From Syntrophorhabdaceae bacterium (lineage in GTDB: Bacteria > Desulfobacterota > Syntrophorhabdia > Syntrophorhabdales > Syntrophorhabdaceae): a DNA stretch of 64,000 nucleotides. Location: assembly GCA_963665295.1 (NCBI GenBank), contig OY762209.1:928001-992000 (forward strand). The letters are read 5' to 3'. The notes under the pieces are model-generated. The model ran no database searches. It saw only the letters and a list, made by a program, of their open reading frames with translations, and was not told the origin of the DNA. Both the position numbers and the translations under genes were made by a program. Positions 9,312 to 17,043 of the stretch are shown piece after piece (position 1 is the stretch's first letter; the number at the start of each line of letters is the position of its first letter).

Positions 9312-9512
9312 CACGGCGGGAGGAGGGGTCCATGCCCCATGCGCCTGCGAGCACCGGCGGGTCCCCGCTCGGTGAGGAGGCATGATCCGAAGGACAGGCG
9401 TCCATGTTTGAGGCGGATACCGCCGAGTTTGGGCGCCTGAATGCTCGACGAACCGTTAGCGGGTGCCGGAGCGCAGCCGAAGCATGGGGCATGGACCCCT
9501 CCTCCCGCCGTG
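9312..9512. repeat. About 200-bp foldback element with perfect 31-bp terminal inverted repeats
   Basis: CACGGCGGGAGGAGGGGTCCATGCCCCATGC (9312-9342) is the reverse complement of 9482-9512. Inner stems also pair. Confidence 0.85.
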
Positions 9513-9783
9513 CTCTCCCGACAGCCGAACTGTTCCAACCTGCCCGGGAAAGCTTGCTCACCCGCGCCGCCTTGAAGATGTCCCTTCGGCCATGGGGACC
9601 ACCGACGCTCTTGATCTTACTGGAAACCGACAGGGCAAGGAAGGGTCATCAGGGTCATGGGGCGGCAACGGACCGGTGATGAGGCGCGGGACAGGGTAAC
9701 GCGATTGAGGGGTACGACAAAGAAAAAGAGGGAGCTGTAACGAGAGTCTTCGGGGTGGTTGTGTGGCGCTTCTTGTAATGCAG

Positions 9784-9813
9784 AAAAAAGAAGCGTCCCC
9801 AGGGGGATTCGAA
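9784..9813 (-). repeat. att-like copy 2 of the tRNA-Glu 3' end
   Basis: 30-bp identity with 14420-14449 (AAAAAAGAAGCGTCCCCAGGGGGATTCGAA). Confidence 0.95.
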
Positions 9814-9853
9814 GCGCCTTTGCCCCTTGCTGGATAAGGGTTTACGAGGGGTG

Positions 9854-9875
9854 TTCGTCCCAAATTCGTCCCAAA
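9854..9875 (+). repeat. Tandem 11-mer TTCGTCCCAAA x2 (putative integrase arm-type sites)
   Basis: Perfect tandem repeat 40 bp inside att copy 2; it recurs at 14285-14306. Confidence 0.7.
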
Positions 9876-9957
9876 GGTTCTGGTCCAGGCGTGGACGGCA
9901 CGAAGAATGGAAAAGCTTCTTCTTAATCTAAAAGGTCCTTTGTTGACAAAGTTTTTG

Positions 9958-9986
9958 TTGGCATGAGCGAATATTGAGTATAAAAT
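9958..9986 (+). promoter_or_regulatory. Possible sigma70 promoter for 10102
   Basis: TTGGCA-17 bp-TAAAAT. Confidence 0.45.
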
Positions 9987-10101
9987 GTGTAGAAAGTGCT
10001 CACAATCTGGGGCTTATTTCACAAGGAGAACGATTGGTGCATGCATGGCATCGTCTTTCGGACTTGGTTACAGTCGGTGACGCCGAGGCGAGAGAAGCGA
10101 A

Positions 10102-10806
10102 ATGAGACAATTCTTCGGCTGGATGGGAAAGATTATACCAATACTCAGCTTGGTCTTCGCTGTGTTTGTGTATGTGCAGGCACGCACCAACACCCATGAA
10201 CTAAAGCTCAGGCTCAGCGATACCCAGGCGCAACTCAATGCTACCAGAAATAACACGGACGGGGCTTTGCAGGGAATACAAGTTATCCAACAGACCTTAA
10301 AAGAGAAGGATGGGAAAGCAGGAAGCGGTTCATCCGGAACAAAACTGGCGGTAACGAATGAGGGCAAACGACCCCGCCATGAGTCTTCAGACGCGAAGCG
10401 ACAAATGACTATCATTTCTCATGAAACGAAGAAGATAGAAAAGCAGCTTCAAGACACCCTAAGAGTAATAGGCAAACCAGTTCCAAGCACTAAGAAAGAG
10501 AAGAATGGCCAAGAAGACATGACGGGCAAATGGGTTCGTCTATACCAAAAACCATTGACTTGGTCGAGAGCTAGAGAGTTTGCCGAAAATGAAAGCATGA
10601 AGGGACACGGAGCCTGGTCTTTGCCAACACTGCGACAATTCCAGAATTTGGCATCTTCAGAGACCGCAGCCATAGAACTTGAGCACGATTATTACTGGAC
10701 AGGCGATGAATCTGGAAACGTGGCGATAGCGTTTAACCCCCACGTCAACAGACATCAGGAAATGAGCAAGACTAGCAGCAACTTTGTAGTCTATATAGTC
10801 AAATAA
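10102..10806 (+). CDS. Membrane-anchored coiled-coil protein with a C-terminal Lcl/DUF1566-like domain
   Basis: N-terminal TM helix; LTWSRAREFA...WSLPTLRQF...YYWT pattern. Confidence 0.65.
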   Translation: MRQFFGWMGKIIPILSLVFAVFVYVQARTNTHELKLRLSDTQAQLNATRNNTDGALQGIQVIQQTLKEKDGKAGSGSSGTKLAVTNEGKRPRHESSDAKRQMTIISHETKKIEKQLQDTLRVIGKPVPSTKKEKNGQEDMTGKWVRLYQKPLTWSRAREFAENESMKGHGAWSLPTLRQFQNLASSETAAIELEHDYYWTGDESGNVAIAFNPHVNRHQEMSKTSSNFVVYIVK

Positions 10807-10824
10807 AGATGTAAGGAGAGAACA

Positions 10825-11340
10825 GTGATTGAGAATCAAAACAGAAGAGTAATATATCTCGTATTTCTTGCTTTGTGTGCACAAGCACTTTTATCCACGG
10901 CCGTTTATGGTGCATCAACTATCGCATTCCGAAAAGAGCCGTATACTCATGACAAATCCTATGTGGTCAGCGGCTACAGGATGAAGGATAATGGATTCGA
11001 GATATATGTGTCGGAGAGCAAGAGAAAGACTTATTGGCATATTCAGGTTATCGGTGATGATACCATTGAGGTTCCTGACGCGAACTGCGTAATAAGGTTT
11101 AAAGCTAAATCAAATAAAGAGTTCAATCTATATTCGAGGCTTGGCGAGGAATCTGTTCATGACGGCAATTCTTATGTTGATCATTCATGGCAAATCATCG
11201 GAGATGGACTTTACCATGAATACAGGCTTGATTTCAGGGGCAAGAAAGATATAGCGAACTGGTTGTATTTTCAATTAGGCAAAGCACCATCGGGCACGAG
11301 GTTTGACCTATCTGATCTTTTTGTCGAATCCATTAAATGA
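10825..11340 (+). CDS. Secreted hypothetical protein (possible carbohydrate-binding beta-sandwich)
   Basis: RBS AAGGAG, GTG start, signal peptide, beta-rich sequence with HEYRLDF. Confidence 0.65.
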   Translation: MIENQNRRVIYLVFLALCAQALLSTAVYGASTIAFRKEPYTHDKSYVVSGYRMKDNGFEIYVSESKRKTYWHIQVIGDDTIEVPDANCVIRFKAKSNKEFNLYSRLGEESVHDGNSYVDHSWQIIGDGLYHEYRLDFRGKKDIANWLYFQLGKAPSGTRFDLSDLFVESIK

Positions 11341-11474
11341 ACATAGATTTGAGGCTAAGAGTGGCATGTCCCGATTATAGATGGCTTTGCCAGTACCATA
11401 ATCGTATCACAAGGGAAAAGGGGCAACATTTCAAGACGTGCCTCATAGCTAACTGAGTCTCTTTTTGGGAAAAC

Positions 11475-11514
11475 ATTGAGAGAGCACAAGGATCATCCCT
11501 TATGCTCTCTCAAT
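11475..11514. terminator. Hairpin between convergent genes
   Basis: ATTGAGAGAGCA ... TGCTCTCTCAAT. Confidence 0.55.
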
Positions 11515-11561
11515 CCGAGGTCTGTCCATATTGACCGATAACCATGTATTTTTTCACGGTC

Positions 11562-11714
11562 TTATACTTCCTTGGCGTTTTCGCTTTCGTAAGGCTCTAT
11601 TTCCGCGTCGCACACCGGACACCGGTCGTTGCACATGCATGACCATTCATCCCGCCATTCGGTCCCGTCAAAGGGGCACCTGTAATAATTCCTGTATGTC
11701 CTTTTCTCTTCCAT
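11562..11714 (-). CDS. Small Cys-rich (Zn-ribbon-like) hypothetical protein
   Basis: MEEKRTYRNYYRCPFDGTEWRDEWSCMCNDRCPVCDAEIEPY; RBS AGGAGG. Confidence 0.65.
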   Translation of the reverse strand: MEEKRTYRNYYRCPFDGTEWRDEWSCMCNDRCPVCDAEIEPYESENAKEV

Positions 11715-12223
11715 GGTGTCATACCTCCTACGCTGTGATGATTTCATAGCCTACCCGGTCCAATGCATTGTTGGGACGGGCAGACTCAGAATCGGATCTG
11801 CCGAACCGTTGAGCGTGAGAAAGGTGTTCGATTCTCATCATTTCGCGCGTGGATTGCGCATAGAAAGCCGCCACAGAACAACTGGTGTGTAAGAATCCTT
11901 TTAGAAAATGCCGAAGGGGGATGCAATAATATCAGCATAGTTAAGCGATACAGGACTTGTGAGTGAAGAACAATGATCTATACGGATCCTCCTTTCTGTG
12001 TTTAATGTGCCTTTTAAAAAACATGGCGCGAAGCCATATCTTTCTTGCATCAGGTTTTTGCGAATTGGGCAAAAGGAGTCATTTTGGACGCTAAGGTGTC
12101 GGGGTCTGTTGTGAGGATAGGAAAGAGATTTCTTGCAAAAGAACGGTAAATAATTGGACAATATCGGACAAGGGGAAATTAAGCATCCCCGAAAAAGCGA
12201 GGCAGTGAATTTCTGCAAAAGCG

Positions 12224-13183
12224 GTGGATGAATTCATGATAGATGCCCTTACGAATTTGCTCCAACAAATCGATGATCTGGGAGTGTCCTCGTACTCCGG
12301 TTACATGGGTTTGCCGGACAGCAAGAAGAAATCTCTTGATGATTTGTTCTGGAAGTATCTCTATGGGGGTCCTCAACACATAAGGGAAGAAGTGAAGAAC
12401 AAGACGAACCTAGCCGTAAAGGAGGAATTTCCCGTTGGTATTAAACAGTCAATCCTGTACGCAGACAAGATTATAGTTCTGACTTCAGGAACCTCCACCG
12501 ATCTTCACGGACAGAAGAATTTTGGCTCCAACTCCATCAGAACTCTCCTGTCATATCTCGACCTCATAAGATCGGGACTACTGCATTTGGTACCCGTATC
12601 GCATCGACACCTAGGGGAGGATGAGTATGATGATTCCTATTGGGATTTCGATCCAGCCGAATGGTCTTCAATTCTGTTCAGAGAAAACCTCTTAGACCAA
12701 ATACGAGGCAGTTTCCTTGGAGATGAGGATTTGATTTCCAATAGTGCTTTGCTAAATCTTAACGTAAACTTCCCGCTTGTCGGCAACATTAGTGACAAAG
12801 AAATCGCAAAACTTATACAGAACGAGGAGCTTCTTCACAACTACCGTTTTGAGCTGAGGAAGTTGCACTCCTTCAGGCAGGGGGAAACCACTGAGGCATC
12901 CTTTCTCGAACAAGTGAAAGGCATCAATGACAGAGTTGTGGAGTTGAATGCACGGGTTAATGAACTGAAGCTGGGGGTTAAACTTTCACTGATAGAGACT
13001 ACGATTGGCGCATCTGCCACGATTTGTTCTCTTTTCTTGCCAGCTGAAATTGCTGTCCTAGTGAAGAGCATCGTCGGAGCAACAACACTAGTTAATGTGT
13101 CTTCCTCAGCCAAAGCATATATCATCGAAAATAAGAGGATAAAAGAATCTCCGTACTATTTTGCCTGGAGAATGCTTAAATAA
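12224..13183 (+). CDS. Hypothetical protein with a C-terminal hydrophobic hairpin
   Basis: 319-aa low-GC ORF; ILYADKII motif, coiled coil, hydrophobic C-terminal segment ending SPYYFAW. Confidence 0.75.
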   Translation: MDEFMIDALTNLLQQIDDLGVSSYSGYMGLPDSKKKSLDDLFWKYLYGGPQHIREEVKNKTNLAVKEEFPVGIKQSILYADKIIVLTSGTSTDLHGQKNFGSNSIRTLLSYLDLIRSGLLHLVPVSHRHLGEDEYDDSYWDFDPAEWSSILFRENLLDQIRGSFLGDEDLISNSALLNLNVNFPLVGNISDKEIAKLIQNEELLHNYRFELRKLHSFRQGETTEASFLEQVKGINDRVVELNARVNELKLGVKLSLIETTIGASATICSLFLPAEIAVLVKSIVGATTLVNVSSSAKAYIIENKRIKESPYYFAWRMLK

Positions 13184-13264
13184 GTATCTTTATTTATTAG
13201 AGAAACACACATAACAACGGCATGCAGCCTACTCCCAGTCATACAAAGTGCGGATAAAGGTAAA

Positions 13265-13468
13265 ATGTTTTCAGCGACACGCCACAGCTTTTGTTCTCAG
13301 ATTTCGAGCAAGATTGATTCGAGATTAGGGCAGAGGCTTATGCGCCACAAAGACAGCCGGCGTACCAACCGGTACTATCACGAGTGGAGCGAGACTCTTG
13401 TTGACGCCGTCAGGAACATCGATAACGTGGTCCCTTTGGCGAAGAAAGCGGGGGAGGAGGAAGAGTAA
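13265..13468 (+). pseudogene. C-terminal remnant of a tyrosine integrase
   Basis: ATRHSF...LMRH...TNRYY match the xxRH, H and catalytic Y boxes; the N-terminal part is missing. Confidence 0.75.
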
Positions 13469-13509
13469 TTTGCGTCCCGAATTTTCGCCGACCTATGAGT
13501 TTGTCACAA

Positions 13510-14130
13510 CTATAGAGGGTGAACTACTCGCCCCCTAAGGTCTACCATTGAGCCCTTGATATCGTACTTTCCGTCTTTCACGAATGTAATCTTCTTGTAA
13601 AACGAGTCGAAATCTTTGATTACAAGAGACCGTCCATGCGGCACGGTGAGCCGAGCGAATTTACCTGAGAGCTGTTCCTTCCAAGACCAGATGATAACGT
13701 CCCATCCATGAGTTAGGGCTCTTTCAATTTGCTTGGTAAAGCTGGTGCCAAAATCAGATTCGTGGCCGTCTCCAGTGCAGAGGATTAGGGTCTGCGGAGC
13801 GGTGTGATCCAACAAGGCATTCGCTATTTTTAGGTGAACGACTTCATCGACGCCTTGCTCAACAAGGCGGGCATCCTCGGTTTTAATCTTGTTTAGTAGG
13901 TCGGTGTTATACCCGGCGGCTCGGGCGTGATCCCACAGGGCTTTATTTCCGGGGGGAACTGATCCAGCAATGACCCTAGTCACAGGGCTAAATCCCTGTT
14001 CAATGAGCCCAAAAAGGTTCCTGTAGTATACCCGCACGGCCATCCACACCGCTTCAGGCTCCAAGGTAACAGATGCACGCTGGGCGCCACCATACACGTT
14101 TGAATTATCGACAAAAACATGTGCGTTCAT
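13510..14130 (-). CDS. NYN-domain (PIN-like) protein
   Basis: VFVDNSN, EQGVDE, TGDG..F and WSW motifs; RBS AAGGAG. Confidence 0.8.
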   Translation of the reverse strand: MNAHVFVDNSNVYGGAQRASVTLEPEAVWMAVRVYYRNLFGLIEQGFSPVTRVIAGSVPPGNKALWDHARAAGYNTDLLNKIKTEDARLVEQGVDEVVHLKIANALLDHTAPQTLILCTGDGHESDFGTSFTKQIERALTHGWDVIIWSWKEQLSGKFARLTVPHGRSLVIKDFDSFYKKITFVKDGKYDIKGSMVDLRGRVVHPL

Positions 14131-14429
14131 TCCCCGTTAGGTCTCCTTATTGGATTCTACGATCAATGATGCCTCAGACAATTATAGAACATGCAGCCGA
14201 AAAAGAAAGTAAATAATGTATACATTCGGAGGAATTGCAAATTAGGCGGAGCGATCCACAAGGCTCATGGGACGACGAACTATTTTCGTCCCAAATTCGT
14301 GCCAACCCAGAAAGAAGAGGTAGTCGAAATTACAGGAGAAAAGAAACGATTGAGTCACGGCCGAAGATGGCGTGAAGGCGGGTGATGAGCCTGCAACCCT
14401 ATTGAAGGGACAGACCCATAAAAAAGAAG

Positions 14430-14504
14430 CGTCCCCAGGGGGATTCGAACCCCCGTTGTCGGCGTGAAAGGCCGATGTCCTAGGCCAGGCTAGACGATAG
14501 GGAC
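14430..14504 (-). tRNA. tRNA-Glu(TTC)
   Basis: Acceptor GTCCCTA/TGGGGAC, anticodon arm TCGGC-CTTTCAC-GCCGA, GGTTCGAATCC; CCA not encoded. Confidence 0.97.
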
Positions 14505-14508
14505 GTTT

Positions 14509-14582
14509 TGGGCCGTGCAAGACTTGAACTTGCGACTCTCTGCTTAAAAGGCAGATACTCTACCGACCTGAGTTAACGGCCC
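14509..14582 (-). tRNA. tRNA-Lys(TTT)
   Basis: Acceptor GGGCCGT/ACGGCCC, anticodon arm TCTGC-CTTTTAA-GCAGA; CCA not encoded. Confidence 0.97.
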
Positions 14583-14593
14583 CAGAGTTAATT

Positions 14594-14622
14594 AGGATAC
14601 GGGAAAATCGGCCCGTTGTCAA
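14594..14622 (-). promoter_or_regulatory. Sigma70 promoter of the tRNA pair
   Basis: TTGACA-17 bp-TATCCT just upstream of tRNA-Lys. Confidence 0.7.
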
Positions 14623-14916
14623 GTTTAATAAACCGGCAGGCCGCATGTGAAAAAATCCTCGTGCCCGGAAGAACTTCCATACCGCCCGTAACACCCTGTA
14701 AATAAAGGGGACGGGCGACACCTTTCGCGGACCCGCTGTGAACCGTTGATAATTGGGGGCGTTACGGACCGCCCCGGCCGCCGGGGCGGAGGGTCCTATG
14801 CCCATGGCTCGATTTCCCAAGTGGCCGTATTGATTGAGTTTTCACCATTGCTCAAAGCCTGTGCATGGTGTAGTACCGTCAATCATATCAGCTACTTGGA
14901 CGATCAGTTCTACAAC

Positions 14917-14936
14917 TTATCCACATATTTTCCACA
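14917..14936 (+). promoter_or_regulatory. Tandem DnaA boxes
   Basis: TTATCCACA (perfect) and TTTTCCACA (1 mismatch). Confidence 0.55.
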
Positions 14937-14972
14937 ATTTGTGTTGAAAAAGGAAGACCCGCTGCCGTGTGA

Positions 14973-16340
14973 TTATTTTCCTATGCAGAAACGGCTGAAT
15001 ATGTCGTGGAGGATGTCGTCGCTCACCGCTTCGCCGGTGATTTCGTCGAGGGACCCGACCGCCTGCTGAAGATCACCCGCGATAAATTCCAGGGGCATCC
15101 CGCTCGCGTTGCCCGATACCGCCCTTTCCAGGGCGTCGAGGGCAAGGGAGAGGGCGTTTCTATGGCGGAGGTTCGTAACGAGGACCGTGTCGCGGGAGCG
15201 CTCCTTGCCCATGAGGGACTCGTAAATGGTCTGTTTCAATGTCTCCATCCCCTCGTCTTTCAGGGCCGAAACCTCTACCACTGCGCGTCCCGTGTCCTTG
15301 AGCGCGTCCGCCGCGACAAGCCGCGGCAGGTCCGTCTTGTTCACCACCACGATGGCGGCCCTCACACCTATCTCCTTAAAGACGTCGCGGTCTTCCGCCG
15401 AAAACGGCCGGGAGCCGTCAACGACCCAGAGGATGAGGTCCACTTCGGGGATCTTCTGCTTCACCCGCTCTATACCCTCCTCTTCCACCGCGTCCCGGGG
15501 CTGTCCGATGCCCGCCGTATCCACGATCCTTACCTTGATGCCCCTGATATGGATGGTGTCCTCGATCAGGTCCCTCGTGGTGCCGGGCAGGGGCGTGACG
15601 ATGGCCTTTTCTTTTGCGATGAGGGCATTGAGGAGGCTCGATTTCCCCACGTTGGTCCGGCCTATTATCATGACCTCCAGGCCATGCTTTACCGCGTTTC
15701 CTTCATAATAGGAGTCCACAAGGGCCCTTACCTCTTTTCGCGCCTTTTCCACCACGAAAAAAAGGGCCGCCTCATCCACGTCGATCTCTTCCTCGGGAAA
15801 GTCTATGAGGGCCTCCATCTCCACGAGGGCGTTCCTGACCTCCGCTCGGATGTTCTTCAGTTTGCCCGACAGGGCGCCCCTCAGGTTTTTCACCGCATAT
15901 CGCAGTTCCTCGTCGGTCTCGCTCTCTATGATGTCGAGCACCGATTCCGCCTGGAGAAGATCGATCCTTCCGTTGAGGAAGGCCCTTTTCGTGAACTCCC
16001 CGGGCTCCGCGAGTCTGGCCCCGCACTCCATCATAAGAGAGAGTATCTTCCGCTGCACGGCAAAACCCCCGTGAGAATAGACTTCCCCTATGTCTTCCCT
16101 CGTATAGGTGCGGGGGGCGTGCATGAATACCGCGTAAACCTCATCGACCTTGTCTTTGCTTGCGGGGTCCGTGATGTGGCCGAGATAAAGGCGGTGGGAT
16201 ACGAAAGCATCCCCGCCCTTTCCCGTCCTGAAGATCTCTTTGAGAATCCTGTGAGCGGAAGGTCCGCTCAACCTCAATATGCCGATTCCCCCTTCACCGG
16301 GAGGGGTGGATACGGCACATATGGTGTCACTGCTTTCCAT
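14973..16340 (-). CDS. mnmE: tRNA modification GTPase MnmE
   Basis: DTICAVST, PGEFTKRAFLNGRIDL, GRTNVGKS, PGTTRD and terminal FCIGK. Confidence 0.97.
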   Translation of the reverse strand: MESSDTICAVSTPPGEGGIGILRLSGPSAHRILKEIFRTGKGGDAFVSHRLYLGHITDPASKDKVDEVYAVFMHAPRTYTREDIGEVYSHGGFAVQRKILSLMMECGARLAEPGEFTKRAFLNGRIDLLQAESVLDIIESETDEELRYAVKNLRGALSGKLKNIRAEVRNALVEMEALIDFPEEEIDVDEAALFFVVEKARKEVRALVDSYYEGNAVKHGLEVMIIGRTNVGKSSLLNALIAKEKAIVTPLPGTTRDLIEDTIHIRGIKVRIVDTAGIGQPRDAVEEEGIERVKQKIPEVDLILWVVDGSRPFSAEDRDVFKEIGVRAAIVVVNKTDLPRLVAADALKDTGRAVVEVSALKDEGMETLKQTIYESLMGKERSRDTVLVTNLRHRNALSLALDALERAVSGNASGMPLEFIAGDLQQAVGSLDEITGEAVSDDILHDIFSRFCIGK

Positions 16341-17034
16341 GGGTCGCGCCGATGGGCGAGATCACCACCTTTTTAGTGTGGCCTTCCCCCTCGCTCTTCG
16401 TCGTGATGTTCTTGTTGTGCTTGAACAGGGAGTGGACAATCCGCCGCTCGTAGGGGTTCAGGGGGTCCGTCTTCAACCGTCTCCCCGTCCTTTTCGCCCT
16501 GTCCGCCATCCTCTTGGCCATGACGGTGAGGGCTTTCTTCCGTTTTTCCCTGTAGCCGTTTATATCCACGAGCACCTTGAGGCCCTGTTTGTACCTTTTT
16601 GCAATGGCGAGTCTCAGTATGTGCTGCACCGCCTCCAGGGTCTCGCCGTCCTTGCCTATGAGCACGTCGCCGTCATCGGCCTGGATGAGGAATATGATCC
16701 TGTCCTCATACTGGGAAACCTTCGTATGAAAGGAAAGCCCCACGTGCCCGCCAAGCTCCTTCAGGAACTCCTGGCCGTACTCCTCCGGCGTCATCCCCTC
16801 GAATGTCAATTCCCCCGCTTCCCCCGTCGTCACTTCTTCGGGTATTATTTCTTCTTCTTTCTGCCTCAGACGCGCGGTAATCCGCACCTTCTTACTTCCC
16901 AAAAGGCCGAGAATGCCTTTGGTATCAACTTCTTTTACGTCTATGTCGAGGTCTTTTTCCTCCGCGTTAAGTTCCAGGGTCGCTTTTCTGATTGCTTCCT
17001 CATATGTTTTCCCCTCAACTTCCACAAAATCCAT
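16327..17034 (-). CDS. jag: Jag/EloR/KhpB RNA-binding protein
   Basis: Jag N-domain, KH motif LIGKDGETL, R3H motif ERRIVH; typical synteny. Confidence 0.93.
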   Translation of the reverse strand: MDFVEVEGKTYEEAIRKATLELNAEEKDLDIDVKEVDTKGILGLLGSKKVRITARLRQKEEEIIPEEVTTGEAGELTFEGMTPEEYGQEFLKELGGHVGLSFHTKVSQYEDRIIFLIQADDGDVLIGKDGETLEAVQHILRLAIAKRYKQGLKVLVDINGYREKRKKALTVMAKRMADRAKRTGRRLKTDPLNPYERRIVHSLFKHNKNITTKSEGEGHTKKVVISPIGATHGKQ

Positions 17035-17043
17035 GTTACCTCC

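Larger units (their letters stand above)
5760..9813. mobile_element. Older att-bounded segment B (integrative element remnant carrying RTX-like genes)
   Basis: Bounded by tRNA-Glu 3'-end copies. The roughly 70 bp to the right of each copy is similar. No integrase inside. Confidence 0.55.
9784..14449. mobile_element. Defective integrative element / genomic island A at tRNA-Glu
   Basis: 30-bp direct repeats, an integrase remnant, TTCGTCCCAAA repeats near both ends and visibly AT-richer cargo. Confidence 0.85.

Noticed and set aside
9784..9813. Additional tRNA-Glu genes at 9784 and 5760
   Set aside because: Only the T-loop-to-3' fragment is present, with no D or anticodon arms.
14242..14820. 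Short ORFs over the tRNAs and att copies (also 9558..9863 and 5624..5812)
   Set aside because: They overlap tRNA or att sequence; the shared SNPPGDA peptide is just translated tRNA.
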